Shown here in pieces: positions 1 through 8,079 of a stretch of DNA of 52,417 nucleotides. This stretch comes from a virus (taxonomy: Duplodnaviria > Caudoviricetes): IMG/VR virus record IMGVR_UViG_3300045116_000082, positions 1 through 52,417 of that record; one strand, given 5' to 3'. Under the pieces are notes generated by a model. That model worked only from the letters and a program-made list of their open reading frames with translations. It made no database searches and was not told the DNA's origin. Made by a program: the position numbers and the translations under genes. Within the stretch, counting starts at the first letter, position 1. Each line of letters starts with the position of its first letter.

Positions 1-173
1 GACTAGGTAGCCGCCCGGACGCGCTAGGAAGCCGTAGGAACGGTCCGGACAGGCCCGGCTAGGGGTATAGCGCCCCCCCCCGGCCGGACCGCCCTACGGG
101 GCCGCTAGGCCGTCCGCCGGGCCTAGTTTACCCCCGGCCCGCCGGAACCGGAGTTTTAGCCCCGGCCCCCGCC

Positions 174-1139
174 CTACGCCGCCCGGCCCGCCCCGGCCGG
201 ACTCGGCCCGAGGCGGATGCCCCGGCGCCCGGTCACGATCAGCCCGTCGAGGTGCGTGGTCGCCTCGGCCATCGCGGTCCGGAAGGAAGCGCGCAGCGCC
301 TCATCGTCGTTGAGCATCCGGCCGTCCACGCCCGCCGTCAACCGCCGCACCTCGGCCACGGCCGCCGCGAGGTCGGCGTGGTCGGTGACGTTGCGCAGCT
401 GGAACCCGTCGAGGAACTCACGCAGGTTGTCGAGTAGTGCCTGCCCGTGGACCACCTTCACCTTGCCGTCCGCCGTCGGCGCGAGGCGCTTAGCGAACTC
501 ACCGGTGAACCAGCGCAGCTCTTCGCACAGCGCCACCCGCACCTCCGCGTATGCCTCGCTCAACTTCGCATCCCACTTCTGGACGCTCGCCTCGTAGACA
601 GCGCGGTCCGCCGTCTCCAACCGCTCGGGCGCCGCGAACGACACGTACTCCCAGTCGATGCTCCACTCCTGCGCGACCTGATCCGCCGTCAGGTAGCGCC
701 GCCGGTCGAACAGCGCCGGGCCGAGGCGCCACTCCTGCTCGTTCATGAGGCGCCCGTAGTCCGCCGCGACCAGCTGCGCTTCCACGGCCAGTTCTTCGAC
801 GGCCGCCCGCAACATCTGGTCGACGCGCGTGATGTTCTCGACGGGAACCAGGTACGTCCGCTCGCCGAAGACGCGGTGCGCCGAGATGCTCCACCGCCGC
901 AGCTGCGCCTTCGCCGCGCTGATCACGCGGTTCGGCCCGCGCAGCGCCTTCTGGTCCACGAGCTTCACGGCCGCACGCACGGCCGTCGGGTCCAGCGCCG
1001 TCGTCCCGTGCGCCGCTTCCACCACCTTCTCGTTCTTGACCTTGCGGTCGTTCCCGAGCCACGAACACCGGAGCGTCAGGCAGACGCACCGCTGTAGGAT
1101 CGTCGTCGCTTCCGTCGGCCTCGTCATCTCCACGGTCAT
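174..1139 (-). CDS. Hypothetical helical protein, DUF3150-like
   Basis: 321-aa ORF, last gene of the AAA cluster; the family resemblance is from memory only. Confidence 0.55.
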   Translation of the reverse strand: MTVEMTRPTEATTILQRCVCLTLRCSWLGNDRKVKNEKVVEAAHGTTALDPTAVRAAVKLVDQKALRGPNRVISAAKAQLRRWSISAHRVFGERTYLVPVENITRVDQMLRAAVEELAVEAQLVAADYGRLMNEQEWRLGPALFDRRRYLTADQVAQEWSIDWEYVSFAAPERLETADRAVYEASVQKWDAKLSEAYAEVRVALCEELRWFTGEFAKRLAPTADGKVKVVHGQALLDNLREFLDGFQLRNVTDHADLAAAVAEVRRLTAGVDGRMLNDDEALRASFRTAMAEATTHLDGLIVTGRRGIRLGPSPAGAGRAA

Positions 1140-1141
1140 CG

Positions 1142-1420
1142 CTACACCACCTTCCCGGCGCGCAACTGCGCCTCAAGCCATTCGTGTTCCGCCGCCAGCG
1201 CCGCCGCCCGCGTCGCGAACGGCATGCCCGCATCCGTCAGGACCGGCCCGCCGACCGGTCCCATGTCCGCCGTCCATCCACCGCCCGCTGCCGGTTCCAC
1301 GTGGCTAGCGCGCCGTGTCTCAGCGGCTTCGCCGCCGAACAGCTGCGCCAGCCTATCGTCGTAGATGAACTGAACCTGTCCATCCGGACCGATGAACAGG
1401 CTCAGCTCGTCACCTTCCAC
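1142..1420 (-). CDS. Conserved small protein of AAA/DUF1257/DUF2997 clusters
   Basis: Motifs GPDGxVxFIY and RRASHVEP..W.AD..P..GPVL..F..R..AL.AE..WL; GTG start with AGGAGG SD. Confidence 0.65.
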   Translation of the reverse strand: MEGDELSLFIGPDGQVQFIYDDRLAQLFGGEAAETRRASHVEPAAGGGWTADMGPVGGPVLTDAGMPFATRAAALAAEHEWLEAQLRAGKVV

Positions 1421-1658
1421 GTTGCCTCCTTGTCCTTCCGTCGGCGTTCAGCTCGGCCATGCGCGCGGCGACGGCCTCAAGCTGATCTTGAGTCCAGATG
1501 GGCGGCGCGCTGCCGCCCAGCATGAAGACGTATTGCAGATAGTACGTACTCCACACGAGCGTCCCGACCACCGCCCCGGTGACGTGATTCACGGCGCGCA
1601 CGCACGGTTGTCCGTGCGTCGCGAGGCCCGTCTGCTCGAACCGGATCGGCGCGTTCAC
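1410..1658 (-). CDS. Hypothetical protein
   Basis: 82-aa ORF overlapping both neighbours by a few bases (translational coupling). Confidence 0.55.
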   Translation of the reverse strand: MNAPIRFEQTGLATHGQPCVRAVNHVTGAVVGTLVWSTYYLQYVFMLGGSAPPIWTQDQLEAVAARMAELNADGRTRRQRGR

Positions 1659-1855
1659 GGCGCGCCCTTCTTCGCCGCCAGCGCCACGCGCCGCGCCTCA
1701 CGCCACCCGCGCAGCCACGCGGCATGCTTCCGCGCGCTCACGACGCCCTTCCACTGCGGATAGGGCACCGCCGTCGCGGGGCGCCCCTTCCCGTAAGCGG
1801 CAGCCCCTTCCACCTCGCACGTCGCGAGCGGCTTCAACCGCATGAACCCCATCAC
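1655..1855 (-). CDS. Small protein with an RMF-like motif
   Basis: EG..AY..G.....PY........AW..GW.E pattern resembles the ribosome modulation factor-like phage family. Confidence 0.45.
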   Translation of the reverse strand: MMGFMRLKPLATCEVEGAAAYGKGRPATAVPYPQWKGVVSARKHAAWLRGWREARRVALAAKKGAP

Positions 1856-2043
1856 TTCCTCCCCACGGCGCGCGGCACGGCCACCGCCATCCGGTGCTCG
1901 GGCTTGAGCGCCCGCTTCTTCACCTCACCCATCGACGCCTCCAGCGCCTTCGTCAGCTCCGTGCAGGCCGGGCCGACCACGCCGTTGACCTCGAACTCGA
2001 CTGTCTCGCCGTCCGCGCTCACGCGGATGATCACCTCTTCCAC
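1852..2043 (-). CDS. DUF2997-like small protein
   Basis: VIIRVSADG..VEFEV.GVVG.AC.ELTKALE..MG....R.LKPE; GTG start at 2043 after AGGAGGAGG. Confidence 0.7.
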   Translation of the reverse strand: MEEVIIRVSADGETVEFEVNGVVGPACTELTKALEASMGEVKKRALKPEHRMAVAVPRAVGRK

Positions 2044-2044
2044 G

Positions 2045-2323
2045 TTAGACCTCCTCCTGTCCGGGCACCACGGCCGCCCGGACGAACTCTTCCAGCGCCT
2101 CGGGCGGAACGCCGTACTGCGCCGCGAAGTGCCGGACCTGCCCGACGTCACGCAGGTGCTCCAACTCGTGCTGCACCGCCAGCGGCTCGAACGACGCCCG
2201 CTTCACGACGAGCGTCACCACCAGATCGTCGCCTTCCGTCTCCGCATCCACTATGCACCGCACCTTCGGGTGAGCGGAGAGCACGATGCCGACTTCCTCC
2301 AACGACACGAACCCGTCAGCCAC
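2045..2323 (-). CDS. Hypothetical protein
   Basis: 92-aa ORF with GGGAGG SD. Confidence 0.55.
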   Translation of the reverse strand: MADGFVSLEEVGIVLSAHPKVRCIVDAETEGDDLVVTLVVKRASFEPLAVQHELEHLRDVGQVRHFAAQYGVPPEALEEFVRAAVVPGQEEV

Positions 2324-2489
2324 GCCATGCCTCCCGTCCGGCGTTCATCGCGAACGCCATCAGCAGTATCGCCGCGCCGACCGCCGCCGGGCGGCCGACC
2401 CCGTTCACTTCCCACGCGACGCGGAGCAGAGCGACGCCGACGACCAGCGCCGCCGCTCCCGCCGCCGCCATCACGAGCCGGACCGTCAC
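2316..2489 (-). CDS. Small two-TM membrane protein
   Basis: GTG overlaps the upstream TGA; two hydrophobic stretches (LVMAAAGAAALVVGVALL, AAVGAAILLMAFAM). Confidence 0.5.
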   Translation of the reverse strand: MTVRLVMAAAGAAALVVGVALLRVAWEVNGVGRPAAVGAAILLMAFAMNAGREAWRG

Positions 2490-2890
2490 CGCCGCCGCAG
2501 GCGCAATTCGAGGCGGCCGTCCGGCAGCGCCACGCGCCCGGCCGGGACGAAGCCCTCGCGGGCTAGCTGCGCCCGCGCCTTCCGCATCGCGTGCGCCGCC
2601 GCATACTCCTGCCGCAGCTTCCCCATCGCCGGGCCGACGGCCTTGATCAGCCGGTCCTGCCCCCACGTGTCCCAGTGCGCCTCGTACCCGTCGGCGGCCT
2701 TCACCAGCCCGATCTCGTACTCGCCGCGCTTCGGGTTCGGCAGTGCGAGGGCGTGCTCGCACCGGCCGTGGCCGATGTAGTTGCGGAACGTCGTCTGGCC
2801 CTCCTTCAGTTCCAGCCCGCATGCCTCGGCCGCCGCCTTCACGTCGGCCAGTTCCCGCATCTTCAGCTTCACCGTCGTGACGTGACTCAT
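2486..2890 (-). CDS. DUF1257/Ycf35-like protein
   Basis: MSH.TT start, YEIGLV, WDTWG, LRQEYA and terminal DGRLELRL are typical of the family; sits next to an AAA ATPase and DUF2997. Confidence 0.75.
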   Translation of the reverse strand: MSHVTTVKLKMRELADVKAAAEACGLELKEGQTTFRNYIGHGRCEHALALPNPKRGEYEIGLVKAADGYEAHWDTWGQDRLIKAVGPAMGKLRQEYAAAHAMRKARAQLAREGFVPAGRVALPDGRLELRLRRR

Positions 2891-3174
2891 CGCGTCTCCT
2901 TCCATGCTTCATGATGTGTCTCGGCGCGGCCGTCCGCTAGTGCTTCGCGCATCTGGCGCAGTTCAGTCAGCACGCTACGCACGCGCTTCACCCGGTCGCG
3001 GTACTCCGCCAACGCCCGCTCCCACGCTTCGCTCGACTGCACGTAGTCGCGCGGATGCGGCGCCGCTTCCTGCAACGTCGTCAGCGCAATCGTCAGTCCG
3101 TTGACTGCTTGGTCAAGCTGCATCTCCAGCGTGATCCGCGCCGTCCCGCCCATGTGTACCCTCGGAACGATCAT
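2887..3174 (-). CDS. Hypothetical protein
   Basis: 95-aa ORF with AAGGAGG SD; APHPRDY motif. Confidence 0.6.
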   Translation of the reverse strand: MIVPRVHMGGTARITLEMQLDQAVNGLTIALTTLQEAAPHPRDYVQSSEAWERALAEYRDRVKRVRSVLTELRQMREALADGRAETHHEAWKETR

Positions 3175-3186
3175 CCGCCCCTCCTT

Positions 3187-4749
3187 CTATGACTCCGGCA
3201 TGTCTGCGAGGCCGTGGCGCGGATCCTTCGGCATCAGCACCTTCGGCCCCGGCCCGAGCGACACTGCCCGGACGTGCTGCTTCATCGGCGCCGCTTCGTA
3301 GCGGTACGGCCCCGGCACCGAGGCCGACAGGAACCGGCCGTGCGCCGCCGTGCGCATCGCGTCGATCTCCGTCGCGCGGCTCCGCGCGACCGGCATGATG
3401 TACTGCGCCGCCTCCTTCAGCGTCACGCCGCAGTCCCATGCCGACTCGGCGCACTCCTTGATCTCGGCGCCGGTCCATCCGTCATCGTCCGGCCGCTCCT
3501 GCCCCACCAGCCCGTAGCGGTCGAGGTAGAGCCGCCAGATCGCCTCGCGCTCCTCCGACGTCGGCAGGTCGAAGAAGAACACCCCCCGCTTGAACCGGCG
3601 CTGGAACTGCGGCCGGATACCCGCGAGGGAGTTACACGTCAGCAGGAAGAAGGCGTTGCCCCGGCCCACGGCCTTGATGACGCGCATGGCGTGGCGGACG
3701 TTCTGCTGCGAATCGCCCACCCACTTCGACTCCATGCCGCTCAGGTCCATCTGGATCGTCGGCACGCCCGCCTCGTTGCCGAACCCCCGGCACAGCGCGC
3801 TCTTACCGGAACCGGGCACGCCCGTAAAGATCATGCCGCGCCAGTTGTTCAGCTCCATCTCCACGAGCAGCTGGCGCTGCTGGTCTTGCTTCACGCCGTT
3901 ACCGTCCGTCTCGACGGCGGCGAACACGTCCGCGCCCTCGTCGATCCAGACGACGACGCCGATCCGCTGCTGCGCCCGCATGTGCTGCCGCAGACGCCGC
4001 TTCGCGCTCTCCAGTCCGCGCAGATCGTCGAGCGTCTCCGTCCCCCGGTAGACGGACAGCCCCGGCGTCTGCTCGATGGCGAGCCGCTTGCGCTCCCAGA
4101 CCGTGCCGAGGTCGATGCCTCTCTCGCCGAGCGACAACGCCACGACCTGTTCGGCCGCGAACCCCGACAGCCCGCTCACGGCTTCCACGGCCTTCTCGAC
4201 CGTCTCGCTCGACGGCTGCGGCATCTGCTCGCCGCTCTCCAGCTTGCTCCCGGCGCACAGTTCCGTCACCATCGCCCGTAGTTCCTCCGGCCCCGGCAAC
4301 GGATCATCGAACACTACGACGTCATGCTCCAGCTCGGGCGGCAACACGATGTCCGGCGCCCCGAGCACGACCATGCGGAAGTTCCGCTTGTAGTCATCAC
4401 GCAAGCTGCTCACGGCCTGCACCGCGCTCGCCGTAGCGCCGGGGTCCACGCTCGTCAGCTGCCGGTGCGCATTGAACGCGAACAGCACGCACCCCTCCGG
4501 CAGCCGCCCGGCCGCCACCATCGCCTCCGTGAACCGCACCGTGTCCTCGGGCGCGCACGCCGCGCGCCGCGCCGCCGCGACACCGGACGGGTTCGCGCCA
4601 ACCACCCCGCCCACGGCGTCCCACCGCAGCACGGGGTAGTCCGGACTCGCCGACAGGATAGCCGCGAACGACGCCTGCTGGTCGGCCGTGCGCAGCACCG
4701 TGATAGGCACGCCGCACTGCCGCGCCTTCTGGAACTGTTCGAGCATCAT
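3187..4749 (-). CDS. Ycf46-like AAA ATPase with rearranged motif order
   Basis: Walker A GVPGSGKS, SKWVGDS, Walker B VVWIDE, RRF..FFFDLP, WTGAEI; start MMLEQ at 4749 with AAGGAG SD. Confidence 0.85.
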   Translation of the reverse strand: MMLEQFQKARQCGVPITVLRTADQQASFAAILSASPDYPVLRWDAVGGVVGANPSGVAAARRAACAPEDTVRFTEAMVAAGRLPEGCVLFAFNAHRQLTSVDPGATASAVQAVSSLRDDYKRNFRMVVLGAPDIVLPPELEHDVVVFDDPLPGPEELRAMVTELCAGSKLESGEQMPQPSSETVEKAVEAVSGLSGFAAEQVVALSLGERGIDLGTVWERKRLAIEQTPGLSVYRGTETLDDLRGLESAKRRLRQHMRAQQRIGVVVWIDEGADVFAAVETDGNGVKQDQQRQLLVEMELNNWRGMIFTGVPGSGKSALCRGFGNEAGVPTIQMDLSGMESKWVGDSQQNVRHAMRVIKAVGRGNAFFLLTCNSLAGIRPQFQRRFKRGVFFFDLPTSEEREAIWRLYLDRYGLVGQERPDDDGWTGAEIKECAESAWDCGVTLKEAAQYIMPVARSRATEIDAMRTAAHGRFLSASVPGPYRYEAAPMKQHVRAVSLGPGPKVLMPKDPRHGLADMPES

Positions 4750-5069
4750 CGCCCGCTCTCCTTCCCGGCGCGCAACCGCGCCGCCGCTGCCCGCAACGAG
4801 TCGGCCTGCGCGAACAGCTTCTCCGCCGCGCGCGCATGCTCCCGGTTCTCGAACACGCGCCGCCCGCACGACGCGCAGCCCGACGAGTGTAGATCCAGCT
4901 GCGTCAGCGCCCGGTCGATCAGCGACGCCGCGCACTCCAACAGCGCGTCCGGCGGAAGCCCGCCCGCCAACTCACGCCCGTCATCCGGCTGCTTGAGTAG
5001 CGCCTCGGCGCGACGCGCCAGCTCCTCAGCAGCACTCACGAGTCCGATCCGATCCTTGCCCCGGTTCAT
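4746..5069 (-). CDS. Hypothetical protein with CxxC
   Basis: Coupled ORF containing CASCG. Confidence 0.55.
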   Translation of the reverse strand: MNRGKDRIGLVSAAEELARRAEALLKQPDDGRELAGGLPPDALLECAASLIDRALTQLDLHSSGCASCGRRVFENREHARAAEKLFAQADSLRAAAARLRAGKESGR

Positions 5070-5293
5070 CACGCCTCCCCGCCGCTCTGTGCGGCATACT
5101 GTCGCAGGTACGTCTGGCGCACGGACGCCAGCGATACCGTCCGGGCGCGCAGCCGATCCACGCTCACGCCCGGCGGCCCGTCCTCCCGTAGCACGGCCCG
5201 GCCGTTGACGACGGCCTTGACCGTCCACGGGGCGCCCGCAATCTCGATGCTGACGCCCACGTGTTCCTCTACCCACTGCTCTAGTGCAGTCAC
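5069..5293 (-). CDS. Hypothetical protein
   Basis: 74-aa ORF, GGGAGG SD before GTG. Confidence 0.55.
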   Translation of the reverse strand: MTALEQWVEEHVGVSIEIAGAPWTVKAVVNGRAVLREDGPPGVSVDRLRARTVSLASVRQTYLRQYAAQSGGEA

Positions 5294-5307
5294 GTCGCCT
5301 CCCTTCG

Positions 5308-5751
5308 CTACAACCCGAGGTAGCCGAACGCCTGCGCCAGCATCGCCCGGCGCAGCGGTGTCGGTGCCTTTCGTATCGCCGTCCTCAGCTCGAACAGCGT
5401 CAGGCTCCCGAGGTCGCTGTTCTCCTTCCGCGCCTTCGCTTCGCGGTACAGCGCGTCATAGGCGGTCCGGGCTGCTCCGTCTTCCAGCCGCCATCCGGCC
5501 GCCTGTTCCGCGCCAACCGAACCGATGTAGGCGGCCGAGCCGAACGACGCCGACACGCGCCCCTCGTCCGTCCGCTCCGCCTTGATGCGGTAGCGCCCGC
5601 CGACGACGGACGCGCCGCGACGTCCCCTCTTCGCCGCGAACATCAGCTCGCGGCCCTCCGCATCGAGGAACGTCTCCGCCAGCGCGTCGCCGTTCAGCCG
5701 CACACCGATGTACGTCCAGATCTCCTCGCCGGGCTTCACTTCGCCAGTCAT
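5308..5751 (-). CDS. Hypothetical protein
   Basis: Start MTGEV at 5751 after AAGGAGG, coupled to the SNF2 stop. Confidence 0.6.
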   Translation of the reverse strand: MTGEVKPGEEIWTYIGVRLNGDALAETFLDAEGRELMFAAKRGRRGASVVGGRYRIKAERTDEGRVSASFGSAAYIGSVGAEQAAGWRLEDGAARTAYDALYREAKARKENSDLGSLTLFELRTAIRKAPTPLRRAMLAQAFGYLGL

Positions 5752-7781
5752 CACACTACCTCCTTCGTTGCGGCGGCCACCGCCGCGAGATCCGCCGCCA
5801 GCGTCTCGCCGAGCTGGCGCCGGTACTTCCGCGCGATCAGCAGGCCGAGTGCCGCCTGCTTCACCGTGAGCGACGGCCACGCCGCCAGCTCCTTCCCCAC
5901 GCGCGTGTCCAGCTTGTTGAACCCGCATCCGTCCAGCACTCGCGCGCCGTCGCACATCCCGGCGATCACGCGCAGCGCCGTGTGCACCGTCGCCCGGTGC
6001 GCGTCCGTCAGCGCCGCCGCCATCTTCGCCACCCGGCTACGCGGCGCAGCTTCGGTAGCTGCCGCCTCGGGCAACACCGGTAGCGGGTCCGGCTCGCGGT
6101 CCAACGCCCGGTCCAACACGTCCTGCTTCTCGACCAGCACGTGCGCCATCCGCGCGTCGAGTGACCCGTCCAACACCACGTGCTGAACGAGGACGGCTTC
6201 GCGCTGCCCGATGCGGTGCGTCCGGTCCTCTGCCTGCGTGACGTTGCCCGGCACCCAGTCAAGTTCCGCGAACACCACGTGGCTGCTCGCCGTCAGCGTC
6301 AGCCCGACTCCGGCCGCCGTGATCGATCCGATGAACACCCGGCACGCCGGGTCTGTCTGGAACCGGTCGACGATGCCCTGCCGATCCCGCATCGCCGTCT
6401 CGCCGGTCAGCTCGACCGGCTGCGCATCCGCGAGGCCGTCACGGATAGCCGCGATGACGTCGTGGTGGTGCGCGAACACGACCACCTTCTGCCCGGCATC
6501 GAGCAACGTCTGCACGTGCTCGATGACATACGGCACCTTCGCCAGCGCCGTCTCGTGCCGTAGCCGCGACATCTCCGTGAACGCCGCCCGCGTTGCTTCC
6601 GTCAGCCGCTGCACGGCGGCCTCATACGCCTCGTCGTCGTCCCATGCCTTCGCCAGCTCGACCTGCGCCCGCAGTTCCTCTAGCTCCGCCTCGCGCGCAT
6701 GCCACGCTCGCGCCTCAGCGTCGACGACGCGCTGCGCCCCGTTCGCCGGGATCACCAGCACCTGCCGCCGCTTGGCCGGGAGTTCCGTTAGCACGTCCTC
6801 CTTCAACCGGCGGATCATGACCGTACTCCGCAGCTTCTCCTGCAACTCATCGAGGTGCGTCGCGCCGCTCACGTCCCACCCGTAGCGGTTCTGATGCGCG
6901 CCGCAGTAGCGCATCGCATACGGCCAGAACCTCGGCCACGCTACCGGGTCCAGCCAGTGCAACACCGGCCACGCTTCGGCCGGGCGGTTCACGATGGGCG
7001 TGCCGGTCAACGCCAGCTTGCGGCGCGCCCGGATCCCCTCATCGCCGTCCTGCTTCCCACGGCGTTCCTCGCGCCCGACGACGGCCGCCGTCCGCTGCGC
7101 CTTCGGGTTCTTGCAGTAGTGGGCCTCGTCGATGACGACGAGATCCCACGTCTCCGCCCGGAGCCGGTCGCGTAGCTTCTCGGCGATGTCGTAGTTCACG
7201 ATAACGATGTCCGTCTCCGGCCACGCCGCTGTCGACACGAGGCCGATGGTCAGCGGGTCCGTCGACGTCTCACGCGGTGACTTCGGCGCGAGGTGCCCGA
7301 GACGCGCGGCCGGGACCACTAACCACTTCCGCAGTTCACACGCCCAGTTCGCCCGGAGCGTCGCCGGGCAAATCACGAGGACGCGGAAGATGGACGGATC
7401 GGCGTTAATAACGCCTACCGCCTGAATCGTCTTACCCAAGCCCGGCGCATCGCCGTTCAATGCGGCCGGGCGCCCGGCCATGTACGCGATGCCCGCCAGC
7501 TGGAACGGCATGTACGTCTCGCCGTCCGGCTTCGGCACGTCGACCGCCGCCGCCGTTGCCCGGCTCGCCGCGATGACGTCGGCCCGCGCCTGCGCCGCCG
7601 CCTCCAGCACGGGCCGGAGGTCTGCATCCGCGTACTGCGCCAGCTTCCCGGCCACGGCCGGGTCGCTCGTCCACCAGCGGCGCAGTTCCCGGTCCCACCG
7701 GAACCCGGCCGCCTTCGGCAGTTCCCGCTCGTCGTACGTCGACACCGCGACGTACCGTGTCCCGTCTCTCATCACGCGCAT
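5751..7781 (-). CDS. SNF2-family (SMARCAL1/HARP-like) helicase
   Basis: GDAPGLGKT, DEAH, LTGTP, RRLK, GVGLTL, QAEDRTHRIGQ motifs; likely start 7781 after GGGAGG. Confidence 0.93.
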   Translation of the reverse strand: MRVMRDGTRYVAVSTYDERELPKAAGFRWDRELRRWWTSDPAVAGKLAQYADADLRPVLEAAAQARADVIAASRATAAAVDVPKPDGETYMPFQLAGIAYMAGRPAALNGDAPGLGKTIQAVGVINADPSIFRVLVICPATLRANWACELRKWLVVPAARLGHLAPKSPRETSTDPLTIGLVSTAAWPETDIVIVNYDIAEKLRDRLRAETWDLVVIDEAHYCKNPKAQRTAAVVGREERRGKQDGDEGIRARRKLALTGTPIVNRPAEAWPVLHWLDPVAWPRFWPYAMRYCGAHQNRYGWDVSGATHLDELQEKLRSTVMIRRLKEDVLTELPAKRRQVLVIPANGAQRVVDAEARAWHAREAELEELRAQVELAKAWDDDEAYEAAVQRLTEATRAAFTEMSRLRHETALAKVPYVIEHVQTLLDAGQKVVVFAHHHDVIAAIRDGLADAQPVELTGETAMRDRQGIVDRFQTDPACRVFIGSITAAGVGLTLTASSHVVFAELDWVPGNVTQAEDRTHRIGQREAVLVQHVVLDGSLDARMAHVLVEKQDVLDRALDREPDPLPVLPEAAATEAAPRSRVAKMAAALTDAHRATVHTALRVIAGMCDGARVLDGCGFNKLDTRVGKELAAWPSLTVKQAALGLLIARKYRRQLGETLAADLAAVAAATKEVV

Positions 7782-7852
7782 CGTCGTCCTCCCTGCGGGC
7801 GCTACTGCCCGCGTTGCATTCCCCCCGTTAAACGCCTCCCGGCCGAGGCGCT

Positions 7853-8051
7853 CGACGCGGGGAGCGGAGAAGAATGAGGCCGCTCGGTTTCGTGTGCCAG
7901 CCTGTTTGTTATCCGAGCCGTTACCGCTGGTTGGCCTCACCTTGCCCCGCTCACCTTGGTTGCTATCGCACGCGACCGTCAGCGACGGTCAGAATCGCAC
8001 CGCGCCCTCCAATCTTGCGTTTGCTGAGATGCCGTTACATCCCGCGCGTCG
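7853..8051 (-). ncRNA. Candidate structured RNA in the SNF2 leader
   Basis: Nested complementary pairs CGACGCG/CGCGTCG, GAGCGGGG/CTCCGCTC, TGAGGCC/GGCCTCA, GCTCGG/CCGAGC plus local hairpins. Confidence 0.45.
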
Positions 8052-8079
8052 CTAGGTCATGACAGTTACCTCCTCCCGC

